Origin: Schmidtea nova
Taxonomy: Eukaryota
Length of the DNA stretch: 64,000 nt
Assembly (NCBI GenBank): GCA_044892505.1
Contig: CM097883.1
Span: forward strand, 119,102,001-119,166,000
Direction: 5' to 3'
In this document: positions 30,301-45,300 of the stretch, in pieces
Layout: every line of letters starts with the position of its first letter
Numbering within the stretch: position 1 is the stretch's first letter
Notes under the pieces: generated by a model
What the model was told of the DNA's origin: nothing
Database searches by the model: none
Seen by the model: the letters and a program-made list of their open reading frames with translations, nothing else
Translations under genes and position numbers: made by a program

Positions 30301-33300
30301 ATTTTAAGTTTCTCACAATAGTTCTTCTTTAAGATGGGTTTAAGATTGTTGTTAGGTTAGACAAATGGGAAGTTTCTGCAACTCGTTTTTCTTTAAAAAT
30401 GGATTTGAGATTGTTGTTAAATTTTAAGTTTCTCACAATAGTTCTTCTTTAAGATGGATTTAAGATTTTCTAACTCCTGCGTGAGTAGGTAATTGTGTTT
30501 ATAAAATAATTTATTCAAATTATCGATTTTATTCAATTGTCAATTTGCTTTCTATAGTTATTTACTATAGAAAGCAAAATTTAAACTTTTAAATTAAATT
30601 TTAATTTAACAGTAATTTAACAGAAAACAAAAAGTGGGGGGGGGACAAAATATAGGGGAAAATAAGGGTGTCAGGACGAAATTACACAAGACGAAATTAC
30701 ACAAGACGAAATTACACGAGACGAAATTACACGAGACGAAATTACACGAGATGAAATTACACAAGATGAAATTACACGGGATGAAATTACACAAGACGAA
30801 ATTACACTAAAAAATAGTAAGTTTAAAAAAAAATTAGTAAAAAGTTTTAATAAAAAGTTTTAAAAAAATTAGTAAAAGTTAAGTATTAAATTTAGCATTA
30901 AATATATTGAAAATTTTAAATAATAAAATAATAAAAATTTAAATAAAAAAATCAATATAAATTTAAATAAAAAAATAATTATAATATTTAATAATTAATT
31001 AATAAATATATTCAAATTACTAGTTTGTCTCTTTAATGATAATATAATTTTTAATTTTATGAATAGTGAGAGATAAAGTAAAAAAATAGAAATCAAACAT
31101 TTAATGTTAAGTAATATGAGCTATTGACCACAAAAACTCTAATCGTCTATTAGGGTTATAATTACGTACGATTCTCGAAATTCGTTGTTTTAAATTAGTG
31201 TAACGAATACGTCCTGGATTTATTTGGCCAGTTAAATGCTATTTTTTATTTACTATTTTTTAGTGTAATTTCTTCTTGTGTAATTTCATCCCGTGTAATT
31301 TCGTTTCAGTGTAATTTCGTCTCAGTGTAATTTCATCTTGTGTAATTTCGTCTCGTGTAATTTCGTCATGTAATCAAAATAAGACACAAGCATTGAGAAC
31401 ATTACAGTAAATATGCCTTCGAATTGTGAGTTATTTAAATATATTAATCTAAAAAGAGTACATACAGAGAGAAGCTTTAATGTTCTTTAAAATGTGTTGA
31501 CTGAAAAAAGAAGATCTATAAAATCAAAAAATCATCTAAATTATACAGCATTGACTACGAATAAAAAACTGTAAATATTATTAATTTTTTTAAGAATAAA
31601 TGTATGTTATAGATCATGGGTATTCAACTAAATATTATGAAGGGCCAAATTTATTTTATAACGGCAATCGAGGGCCGTATCAATTAAAAAGATGTTAGTT
31701 TTGTAGCGGATTACACTTTAACAAAATATAAACGTGTTTTAGTGATTGTTATTCTATTACCAAGTATTATAATGTTTACCATATATTTTTATATTATTAT
31801 GTAATTTTCCAGGCGCATTTTAAATTAATAACTTTATTACCATTATTTCATTTATTTTTTAAAATTTTAACGCATTTTCCAAGGAATTTGAATGATCGCA
31901 GCCGCTTATACACATATTTAATTTATTAAATATTAAATAAACCCCGTTTCCTATTCAAACTTACAAGACACCTTTTTCTAATATTTTACTGTTTTTTGCA
32001 AGTTTTTTTATTGCAAAACTATCGCAATTTACATGAATTCCCAATTTCTTCCTACCGTTAAAGCAATAAAAACACCATTTTGATCGGGTTTGAATCTAAA
32101 TAGACAGCCTTTTCTATATGCCATACATAAAATACTTGATCGTTTTATTCATATCTTTAATTTACCCATGAAATTGATGCGGCAGAGCATATTTAAGAAT
32201 CCATATTAATGCTTAAGTCTTGTATGAACAACATTGTTGGGTATAATCAAATATAATCTAATCTTTCACAGTATACTTGACGTACTCATTCTTTCATTTA
32301 TTAGTTGCTCTCCTCTCTGTTTACCGAAAAGTTTTATCTCCTAAGCATAGCCGTCATGGTTTCTAAAGTGATACACAAAATGTTTATGTTATATCGTTGC
32401 TGGCGTGCCAAAAACTTTTCTTCCACTTTAGATATTATATTTATCTGTGTAATAAAATTTGGAAAATGCATGAACAAATAAAGTCTATTTACATTATGAC
32501 CTTCATCAATTACAACTTTCTGAGATGGCTACTGGTCGTATGAATCTATACCGGGCTGTGGGAATCGTCGGTATGGGATGGGATCATGTTGCATACATTG
32601 GCGGCCATTTAAGCTTTCAACCCGATGCCATCATTGCTATAGCAGGTTGTTTGGACAAAACATTTCATGTTTCATTTTTTCGCCGACAAATGTATAATTC
32701 TATTGACTCCTCGATCTCATTTGATGAAAGTTCACTCGTTACAGCAAAAATATTCCAAATAACTAATGAATCGTGGCACCAGCGCCGGCTCTAGCGGTAC
32801 TATCACCCCGATGCAAGTTCCTGTTTAGCGCCCTGAATAAAAAAATATATCAACAAACTCAAATACAAATTAAACTATATTGATTATTGTATATTATTTG
32901 AAATTAAACATTTATTTGTTATCAATTGTAATTAACAGATATCAATTATACATAAAATAAATTGCACGATGAATTCAAAATTTTATTTTTCTTGCTTTTA
33001 TCGAAGCAAATTCATCCAAAATATCATTAATTTTTATTTCTTCGCAGATATCGCTTTCAATTGCAATCATTGCCAACCCAACTAATCTCTCTTGAGAAAT
33101 ACTTGATCGCAAATATGCCTTAATTAGTTTAAGTCTAGAAAATGATCTTTCGCCACTTGCGACAGAAACTGGTAGAGTTAATAGTATCCGCAAAGATATT
33201 GTTAAATTTGGAAATATTCCAAATAAATCATTTGTATATATATACTGTAAAATATTTAAGGGATCATAATTGTTTAGTGGCGTTATTGTATCTTTAAATA

Positions 33301-36300
33301 TAAACAGTTCATTATATAACTCTGAAGAATTTATGTCTATTTCTTCACCATCAGTTAATACAGTTTGTAAATCGGTACATTTAATTTTCATTACTTCATC
33401 ACCCAAATTATAAATTTCATTAAAATTTATAAGAAATTGAAACTTTTCAGCATGACTATTCAGAAGTTCGAATCTCTCTATTAAGGAGTTAATTGCACTG
33501 TCCACAATTGGAAGAAAGAATGAAATTTTATAGTTCTGTTCCGGGTCTCTTGGCCTCTCATCACTACATTCGTAATTAAACATACGTTTTTTACGCCGTC
33601 GTAATGGATTTTCTTTAAATTGAGGACAAATATCTACATCTTCTGCCAAGGTTACAGCTTTTTTTATTATATTGTTAAAATTGTCATCTAAGCGGAATTC
33701 TTTAAAAAAAGTTATTAAATTATTTAAACATTTTGTTGATTCATTTAGGTTGGTACTTGAAGATTGGAACATTTTGCTCACAACATTAATTCTGCTTAAA
33801 ATCTCGTACCAAATTATTAGCGAACAAATAAATTCGTAGTCAAGTTTCATTGCTAAAGATTTAGCTTCAGATTTTGTATTATTGTCATTATTTTCATTAT
33901 CGTATATGGCAAGTAAAGCATCTAAATAATCTCCAATATTGTTTCTTAATGTGCTAAGTGCTTCAATTCTTGATTCCCACCGAGTATCCGATAAAGGTTT
34001 GAGCGTAATTTTACTAAATTGTTTTAACACATCCCAACGTTTTGTTGAAGCACTGAAAAAATTGTAAAGTTCTTGTATAATACCAAAAAAAAATTATAGT
34101 TTCTGTATTAACTTTCGCCGCATCACTGACCACTAAATTCAAGGTGTGAGCTCGTGGATTCTCATTCAAATTACGTCTTTGAACACCGCTATGCTTACCG
34201 CGCATATTAGCACCATTACCATATCCCTGTCCACGTAAATGTTTTATATTTAAATCTAATTCTTTTAGTTTTTCAACTATGCATCTGAACAAACCTTCGC
34301 CAGTAGAATCATTTATTTCTACGAAACCCAAGAAATGTTCTTCTACGGTAATCTGGTTGCTTTCATTTTTGTGGACAAATCTGACAATTACAGTCGTTTG
34401 TTCAGTGTGACTTATGTCGGGAGTACAATCCAATATTTTGGAAAAATATTTGGCATTACTTACTCTCTGGATAATAGCATTCACACATTTTTTTGAAATT
34501 AAAGATATTATTTCATTTTGGATATTTTTTCCCAAATAATGGACGGTGTCTTTTTGTATGTTCTGAATTTTCGCGAGATGAGTTTCCATTACAATATCAA
34601 ATTTAGAAAATAGTTCAACTAATTTTAAAAAATTATCATTGTTTTTCTGAAAAATTATATCTGACGAGCCGCGAAGAGCTAAATTTTGTTTAGCGAGATA
34701 TTTTATTATTTCAACAATTCTTTCTAACACACTACGCCAATGTCGTTTTTCCCTTTCATATACCTTTTCAAGTTCACTATCTATTGTGGTATGTTTCTCC
34801 AACTGTTTTTTAGTTGAACCCATTTTATAAACGATGTTAAATGTGATCTACTTACTTCATGGAAACTTAATGTCTTTGATAAATTTTGCCAATTTGAGAA
34901 ACCATCTGTTGTTAAATGACTTTTTTCACCTGCAAATAATTTGCAACAAGAACAGAATACGCAGTTTTTAGAAGATGAATATTTGAGCCACGTTCGTGAA
35001 ACAGTTTCATTATTTGCTATCTTACGATAATAATTATTATTACTAAAACTACGACCAGAATCATCTCGTGGATATAATTTATTTTTTATCTGTACCATCG
35101 CACCTTGCTCAATAATAACTTTTCGTATTTTGTCATTAATAATTTCCGGCCAAGTGGCTGGATCATTTGAATTAAATGAACTAAAATCTTCACTTGCTGT
35201 TTCGCTTACTTGCACTGTATTTTCTGTTTGTTGTGGTGAAGATAAATTATATTCAGAAGTTGACATGTTTTCATGTTCATTGTGTTGATCTGGTAATGCT
35301 AAAGAATGTGAATCAGTAACTTTTTCTACTGTGACTGAATGTAAATTTTGCGGTTCATTGTTAGTACTATTTATATTTACAGAGCTGTTATCGTTTTTTT
35401 TTAAAAATTTAGTCAATTGACCTTTTAGCTTCTTTTCTTGAATTTCTCTCAGCGCTTTTCTTTTCCGGTACTCTGCTCCAGATAATTTCTTTTTTTCCAT
35501 TTTTAAAAATTTTGGGTAAGATACTGCAAAATTTTAATAATTTAAAATACATAAAATTGATAAAAATCATTATACTCACAAAAATAATATTATCCAACAA
35601 ATTACTTTTTCTCTTACACTTTAATGTCTAATTAAAATTAAATATTTAACAAAACAAATTATATTTTTTTTTATGTTATTATTAAACAAATTACAATTTT
35701 TTCTTACACTTTAATCCTTTAATGTCCAATTAAAATTAAATATTTCACAAAAGAAATCATATTTTTTTAATGTAATGAATACTATTTTTTCTTACTCAAA
35801 ATATCGACACAATATAATTAACATGTACAAACGTGAATGGAAAATGGAACAGTACGAAAAAAAATTAAATTAGTTGGAAAATGTGTGTCATTTTATAAAA
35901 ACAAAAATCTATTATGCGAATAAAAATTCGTTTGAAAAAAAGAACCTACTACGAATAGATTATTTTTCGTGTTATTTTTAATTGGTGCGAAGAAATTTTT
36001 TTTTCAAAAAAAAAAGGATTGGAAATTAGATTTTAAAAAAATTGAAAAAAGTGGATAATCACTTTTCGATTTCAACGCCATTTTAGAGTGGCGCCCCGAT
36101 GCCGTGAATCTTCTGCTTCCACTGTTGAGCCGGGCCTGCGTGGCACCCAGGAAATTTAGCTCCTAAATTCGCATAATTGAACATATTAAGTTAACGTTTT
36201 AGTAATTGAATTTCCTGCTCCCCGTTTTTTATATTAATTTGTTTTATTTGGGAAAATGTTGGCAAGATTCTTCATTAAAAACGAATACAGTTAAAAACTT

Positions 36301-39300
36301 TTAAAAATTGAAAGTTATATGGAAGTTGTTGAAATTTGAATAAATTTTATAAAATATATTACAAAAACATAAAAATTGATATTATTATAGAATTAAAACA
36401 TAATATTGGATGAGGAATTACGTGCAAGTCGCGAATAAAGAAGAAATTATAATATACAAGCTTCATATATTATTCCCGAATAAACATAATTTTATTTTTT
36501 CTGCACATAGTAATCCAATTAAGTCGTGTTCTAATGGGAAAAACTACATTTTTTGTCACTTGCCAGTTTCTTAAAATCTGGTTTGAATGAGCTTTCACAA
36601 ACATACGTTGAAGCAAACATGGTGAGTAGAGTTAATGCGATTTCACGAACAATCGGGTAACTGAACGCCGAAAGTATCCAAAAAACTTCCAAACTAACTT
36701 GTTTATCTTGTAACTGCGTCTTTAAATCCCCATTGCTCTGAAGATCTATAAGCTGAAGCAAGAAAGTGCTTTCGTCAATCCATGTATACGTTTCAGCAGC
36801 TGCACGTGCAATACATCTTTCTTTACCGACCGAGAAAGGATTTATAAGGAACAGGAGCAAAGTATCATTAAATGTGAAGTTCTCAAATCGCTGTTTAAAA
36901 TTAACAATCAGTTTTCGAATAAAACAACTCATTTTAGCGACATTTTCATCATTCAAATTAGATTTTGTTGCCTCTGCGAGAGTTGGGAAATGTAAAAATT
37001 ACCGACTTTCAATATCTTGTTCAAAAAATATTAGCTTCTTCCGAAAAGAAGTTACGTTATAATAAAGATCGGCAACATTGTGTCCTCTTCCCTGCAACTT
37101 TGTGTTCAAATCGTTTAGATGGCCAAATATATCACATAAAAACGCAACATTCATCATAAACTTACCATCATCAAGTTTCTCTTTGAACACTGCCGCCTTT
37201 ATTAATTTGCTAGTCGGCAGAAACATTTTCACTTTGTCTTGTAGACACCAGAGTCATTGAAGTACTCTTCCTTTACTGAGCCATCTAACGTCATTGTGTG
37301 CTAATAAATCGCCATATTCTGCTTCTATTTCAGTAAGGAATGATTTGAAAAGTCTATGTTGGAGTGATGAAGTTGATCGAATAAAGTTTATAAGTTTGAT
37401 TGCGCTAGACATGGTATCAGCTAATTCTTCTGATAGTTGAGCGCACAGCACATATTGGTGTATTATGCAATGAATTGTTGCAATGCATGGATTGTTATCA
37501 GCAAGCCTTTTTGATAGACCATTCACTCTGCCAATCATGGCTGGTGCTCCATCAGTTGTCAAAGAGACCTTTTTTTGCAAGTTGATTTGATTTTGAACAA
37601 AAAAAATATGTATTATTTCGTAAATATCATTAGCTCCTGTGTGCTCCATCAGTGGCAGTAAACATAATAATTCCTCATAAAAGACATCTTTATAAAGAAA
37701 CCGAACGTAAACGGCCAATTGTGCCACATCATTTCCATCGGTTCATTCATCCACGGCAATTGCATATTTATCCGCTGATTTAAGCGAGGAGCAGAGAATC
37801 TGGAATGATCCACCCGTCGTCCGGTGGTCGTGTCTGATAGTGGAATGTTGTTGATAGTCGAAATTATCTGCGCTTTTTCATTATCATTAAATATTGAGTC
37901 TATTACTTCCCGCATACATTCTTTTACTATTTCAGCATCACTAAATGGTTTCTTATTCTTTGCAAGAGTCCATGAAACTCTCAGTGATGCCTCCATTGCT
38001 CGTTCTTGATTCGATATGCTTTTTGTTAATATAAGTCGTGCACTTTTTAATGAAGATTGAAGCGATCTTTTTCTATCACGCCTGATAGTGGTATTTGGTG
38101 GGTATTCTTTCTCGAATTTGCTGTGCTTAGTTTCAAAATGTCTTTTCATATTCGACACTTTGTAAACTGCCACGCTTTCGTTGCACAGCAAACAAACAGG
38201 TCGACTTCCAATTAACGATAGAACAAACAAAAAATTGTCTGTCCATGAATCATGAAATACTCTGTTCTCTGAATCAACTTTACAGTTTCTGTTCATACGT
38301 GGCATTGCATTTTTAAATTTATTTAATTACAAAGAAATCAATTTTAATGTATTAATAAAATATTTCAAATGGATGCGAAGCTGCATTCAAAAATTATGGG
38401 GTAAGCAAGAAATGTATATCGCTTAAATATTAAAAAAAACAACAAACCCATATTAGCCGGATCTATTTTAACACGTCATTAAGGACAAATATTATACAGT
38501 AAAAAAATACCTGAGCGTTTTTATGTATATATCATCCAAATATTTTTATATGTGTAATATTCAAAGATATTGAAAGGGCCATTTTCAAATTTCGGTGGGC
38601 CGGCCCGCGGGCCGCCAGTTGAATATCCCTGCCCTATGCAATTACGAAAAAACGAGGATACTGCCCCAGTATATTTTGAAAAAAATAGAAAAGATAGTTG
38701 ACCAAGTTGGGACAAGAAAGAATTGATGTCATATTTTTTGGTCTATTGTATCAAAGACAAAGAGACACAGAAAGAAATAAAGATGAGAGATGCGATAAGC
38801 GTCGAAGAAATAAAAGGAATGATAAAGAAGGTCGATGATATAAATATTGAAGTGTTGGGAATTTCAGTTTTAAATAGAAGGAAAGAAACATTTGCGAATA
38901 TTGTCAAGGCAAGACAGGGATTTGCCGATAGACAGAATCAAAGCCGAAATTTTACAAATACACAATGGATTGAACAAAGATATGATTCAAGACCGATGAT
39001 AAAAGCAGATAGCAACTAGAATAACTTCTAACAAAGAGAAATTCCTGTTAGAAACAGACCAGTTATTACATGTTGGAATTGCCAGGAAGTGGGTCATATG
39101 AGTCGAGAATGTCGGAAACCAAGGATTCTGAAATGCTTCCAATGTGGAAAAGAAGAGCACAAATCCAGAGAGTGCAATCAGGGAGCATCGAATGCAAAGA
39201 TGAGATATTTTGCGTGTAAAGATATCGGACATAATAGAAGAGAATGTCCATCAATATCTTGCTCAGGATGCGGTAGAAGAGGCCATTTGCGATTTCAATG

Positions 39301-42300
39301 CTGGAACCAGACATACAGAAGAAGATACGCAGACGAGCGTGGACCACAGAGACGAACACAGGTAGCCGCTTTTCAGACCGATCGAACCGAAAATTATGAA
39401 AATAACTCATGTCAAGACGAAGACTACCCAAACGGAGAAGCTCCATCTTAGGGCGAGATGATCGGAGCAATGAATTAATGGGTAATAATGATGGTTGTGT
39501 ATGCCAGTATAAATGTATAAATAGATATAAATATATTAATAGTATTAATAATAAAGTGAATAGTATAATTCCTTTTGTAAATAATATAAAGAATAGTAAT
39601 AATAACGTGAATAGTTTAAGTCCTTTAGTAGATAATTTAAATAAAATAAATAATAAAATTTTGGATGAGAATAATGAAATTGAAAATAACGTTGGTAGTA
39701 AAGCTGTGGGAATCATCGATATAGTTGAAAAAAATAATGAGCTGAAAACAAATTTTAAAAAAGTGAATCAATGTTATGTAACAAAAAATTTTAAAAATAA
39801 AAAGTCAATAAAAAATAAATTTACGGATATTGATGATGCAATTATTTTAAATGTGCGGAATGGCAATCATTTTAATATTGATGACAATAATAAAAAAGTA
39901 TGCGGAAATAATTGTACCCAAATTTTATCGATAGACGACGTTAAATTTTTAAAGAAAGAAAAAAATATGATTTATGCACATATTGAAAAAGATAGAATAT
40001 TTGATACATGTGATTGTAAAATACAAAATAGAAATGAAACATATTCTAAGAAGGATCAGTATAATATTGTTTATGATAAAATGGGTGGACGTCCAAGTGT
40101 ATTAATAGGCATAAATAATTATTTTAAGAATTGTTTGTTGGATACAGGGGCAAGAATGAATGTGATGGATAGTTCGATTATAAAAGAGATAGGAAATCCG
40201 ATTTTAAATGAACAGGGTGACAAAATTTGGTGCGCAAATGGTAGTCCATTAAAAACTTTGGGAAGGATCAAAGTTAAAATAAATATAGAAAATAGAGAAG
40301 AAAATATTGTTTTTGTAGTAGTTGAAAATGTATCTCCATCGATAATAGGAGGAATCGATTTATTACGTAGATTTGACATAAAATTAGTGAAAGTTACAGA
40401 AAATAAGAGCAAAATTGCAACCGAATATAATGATAATATAGAAATATGTAACATTGAAGCCAAATTTGGGAAAAGAACGAGCGATGAACTTCGATTTAAA
40501 AGAACAATCGAATTAATAGGATCAAGTTGTGACAATAAGCTTTATGGAGTAATTAAAAGAAATGCCGAAGTATTTATGATAGATAAGTGGGATATCGGCA
40601 AAACCAATCTATTAAAACATGATATCAAAACTGTTGAGGGACCAATCCATTTGAACCCAAGAAGACAACCAGCCCACCTAGAAGAAAAGATTGAAGAAGC
40701 TATTAAAAATTTGGAAGAAAACGGCATAATTAGGAACTGTGACTCACCGTGGAATACGCCGTTAGTATGTGTCTGGAAGAAGGAAAAAATGATATTCGAT
40801 TGTTTTTAGATTTTAAAAGTCTAAATAAAATGACAGAAAGGCAAATTTTCGCAATGCCTAATATCGAACAGATGTTAGATTCATTAAACGGATCAATGTA
40901 CTTTAGCACCATTGATCTAGGAAGCGTGTATTATCAGGTTGAATTGACAACAAATTCGCAAGTAAATACAGCGTTCTTAACAAGATCGGGACAGTATTGT
41001 TTTAATAGGATGCCTTTCGGAATTGCGGCGGCTCCAGCTACGTTCCAAAAATTAATGAATATGGTTTTAGGAAAATTATTATGGAAAATTGCGATAGTAT
41101 ATTTAGATGATATTTTAATATTCTCAAAAGACAAAGAAGATCATATAACAAGAATAAATGAAGTATTAGAAAAAAATAATGCTAGTTTCGACACCATATG
41201 AGCTGTTCTGTCACAAATTGATGATTTAGGTAATGAACGTGTTATTGCCTATGGTTCACATACGATGAGTAAACATAAAATAGGATACTGTATCACGAGA
41301 AAGGAACTTCTAGCAATTTATTACTTTGTACAGCATTTTAAGCATTATCTTTACGGAAAGCGATTCCAGCTAAGAACAGACCACAAAGCTATAACATTTA
41401 TGATGACAACTAAAAAGCCTATAACAGCACAATTTCAGATATGAATAAACTTCTTGAGTAGTTTAGATACGGATATTAAATATCGAAAAGGAACGGACCA
41501 TTCGAACGCTGATGCGTTATCGAGAGATAAATGTGGGAGATGTACTCAGTGTATGGAAATTCATGAAGATCCAAAAACAGAAAAAGTAAAAACCAGATTG
41601 TTGGCAATGACAGCTACTAAACAAGGATTTCAATGGCAAAAAGGTAATGAAGAGATAGAACTTATGAGAAAAACAATTAATAAAAATGAGACTACAAGAT
41701 TTAAAATCGACGAAGATTTAATTTTAACAAGAGAAAATAAAATTTGGATTCCAAAAGAAAATAGAATTGAATTTGAAAAGCATGCACAAAATGTTGTGTC
41801 ACGCTGGGTGTAAGAAGGTAATCGATTATATTAAAATTAATTACGATGTGGAAGAATTAAATACAATCGCAACTCAATATATACAAAGTTGTGAAATATG
41901 CCAGAAAAGAAAAACATTGACAACAAAAACAAGAAATAATTGTAAAAACAGAAGTTGTGGAACCTTTTGAAGTTATAGCGATAGATTTTTGTGGACCTTT
42001 ACAGACGAACATTCATGGAAAAAAATATATTTTGGGAATTATTGACATGTGTAGTCGATACATTTCGTTAACAGCAGTTGCAAAACAGGATGAAAAAACT
42101 ACAGCGGATACTATTATGAAATTCTGGATATTAAAAAAAGGGGCACCTAGAATTATTCAAGTTGATTGTGGCAAAACATTTGAGTCTAACTTGATAAAAG
42201 AGTTGACAAAGAATCACAATATACAGCTACAATTTTCGAGCCCTTATCATCATAATACTAATGGTTTGATTGAAAGACCATTTCGAACAATACGAGATTT

Positions 42301-45300
42301 TATCATTACGTCATTAAAAGACAAACTTAAGAGGAAGTGGGTTGAAGTATTACCTGAAATCGAATTTACTTTAAATGCAACTATTCAGAGCACAATTGGA
42401 AAGAGCCCCTCAGAAGTAGTATTTGGTTTCCGGATATCTAGAGAATAGAACAATAATAATAGAAGATACAACGATAGAAGTAAAATAGTGGACGAAATAC
42501 AATCAAAACAAAGAAATTTAAGTTATAAAAATAAGAACCGGATACACCGAAAATTTGATATAAATGAAGAAGTTTTGGTTAAAGTAGATGTGAGAAAAAA
42601 AGAGGAAGATCGATATATCGGACCTTTTACGGTTGTTAGAAAGATACATGAGAATAGCTATGAATTACGAGACAGAGATGGGAAAATGATGGTCCGCAAC
42701 GTTGAATGGCTAAAACCTTTTAAACAAGGGGGATGTTATGGATATTTAATTAACTAATTTATAAATAACATATTTTGTATTATAAGTAATCAATTTTATT
42801 ATATAGTCAAATTATTATAAGTATAAATGCTGGCACGCATAATTGTCGTTAATATTTAATTGATTAATTCGCCATTTTAAATTTGTTCGAATAAGACAAA
42901 TTATTACGGAAGCAGTTTTTATTTGAATATAATTTATCAACAGCAAATCTTTAATTATTAACAATTATTATTATTATTATTAACAATTATTATTATTATT
43001 ATTAATAATAATAATATTATTAATATCAATAATTCCCATAATGGATGACTATAGATCAAAATTTCTTTAAATAAGTACACAATATTTCGGCACAGCCTTT
43101 ATCAAGTGTGTATTATTATTGGTATGCACCAACATTTGCACCAGCAGTACCCATGTATCAAAGTGAAAGAATAAAGGAGATAAAACCAGTAGATAATATC
43201 AAATTAGAATTAGAAAAAAATTGAGCCAATTAGTGCGAAAATTGAACGAAAAAACATGCTTGGACTACCATGTAGTTATGTGCTGATGACTATGGGGGAG
43301 AAGCCAATCAATATACAGTTTAACGAATGAATAGTCGAAGCCTTGTTGTACTCAGGTTCAAGTCACATAATAGTGTCGGATAAAATGTTAACACGTAAAG
43401 AAAGAGCAAGTATAAAGCCAACGGGTAAAAATATCAAATTAGTATCGCTTAACTGTTTAATTAGATGATAAATTATTTATCGAAGATAAAGAAATAACGC
43501 ATAGTTTAACAGTGATAAGGAAAAGTCTTAGTTGGTATGGGTGTTATGCGACAATTACAAGGAATTCCTTTTGATCTATGGACTAGGAAATTAATGAAAG
43601 GACAAACCGAGAAAAGTGTAAGTAAAAATGTCTTTTTAAATTTGTCTCTAGAATTACCAGCAAGAAGCGAAGTGATATATTATGTTGACGTAACGAATGT
43701 ATAATTGAGCCAAATCAGAAGATAGGAGAAAAATATGACATACCGATGTGTGATGAGATAGTAAAATACCAAACAGTAACATTAGAAATAGCTAACGATA
43801 GCTTAAAATACATTCAAATAAAACCCAAAACAAAGTTGGGAAGATTGACAAAATTTAGAACTGAAAAAGCTCAAAAATTGCCGAAAAATATCAAAATCTA
43901 TAGAAAACCACAAGTTATTAGCAACGATTTAACTTATGTACAAAAACGATAATTCATGGCGTTACTGAGAAGATACGAGAAAGTGTTTGCAAGGCACAAA
44001 TATGATTTGGGACTTACTCAAGTAATCTAACATGAGATACCCTTAATCGATGAAACTCACATTAAATTACGACCGTATAGAATTCCATATATATACATCA
44101 AGAAGAAAGCGATCGACAAATCAAAGCAATGAAAGAATTTAAAATAAAACGAAATAGTTCATCACCATTCTCTTTATCAATAGTCGTAGTCAAAAAGAAA
44201 GACGATGATTTAAAATTTTGTGTTGAATTATTGAAAATTAAATCAAGTTATGAGAAAATATACTTATCCTATTCCAGTTTCACAAGAAATTTTTAATCAG
44301 ATGGGAGAAGTGAAAGTTTTCACAGAAATTGACCTAAATAAAGGTTATAACCACTTTAAAGTAAAATAAGAAGATAGAAGAAAACAGCATTCTCATATAG
44401 CAAAGGTTTATATAAATTCAATGTATTGTCTTTTGGCTTAATAGGAGCGCCAGATACGTTCAAAATAGGTATGAATTTTGATTTGTGTGACATTCCACAT
44501 GCATTAGTTCAGCGTTTCCCAAAGTGTGTTCCGCGGAACCCTGGGGTTCCGTGGACTGATAGCAAGGGTTCCGCAAACTTTGTAAATAAATAATTTATAA
44601 ATAAAGATTAATAAATAATTCTCGATTTTATTTGATCCAATGTAAAATTCTTTTTCAATTCCATTGATATTGCCTTCAAAAATGCATTTCCATTCTATTT
44701 CATATGTGCCAATTCCATTTCATTCACTATATAAAAACTAGATCTGGCAACATTTGCATTTGATTTTTGTAAATAGGGTTCCGTCAAAAATTTGAAATCA
44801 AAAAGGGTGCCGCGCTGAAAAAATAATATTTTCTAGTAGTTTACAGAAATACTTAAAGGATGTAGAAACTGTATTCAATCGATTAATAGAAGCTAATTTG
44901 AAAGTAAAACTCTCGAAATACGAGTGGGGCAAATCAGAAGTAGCTTATGTGTGTCATATTATTTCGCGAAATGGATTACAACCAAACCCAGAAAATGTAG
45001 AGAAAATTAAAATTACTCAGTTTCTAAAGATATAGATCAGGTTCGGCAATTTCTCGGATTAGTCAGTTATAGAAAATTCATTAAAAATTTTCACATGTGG
45101 TACAACCTTTGAATATATTATTAAAAAAGCAAGCTTATTAGGGCAAAAGTCGAAGACGAGAAAGATCCTGTTATTGCCTATACTAGTAGAACATTGGAAA
45201 CTCTCGAAAAGAATTATTCTACTTTTGAAAAGGAGACATTAGCACTAGTTCATGGAATAACTACATTTAGACAGTAGTGTCCTGTCTACACCACCAGACC

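Noticed and set aside
32340-32779. Host site of the hAT insertion, containing ORF 32525-32794 and a minus-strand VVIDEGHN resembling a Rad3/DEAH Walker B motif
   Set aside because: Single motif surrounded by stops, with no other helicase motif found.
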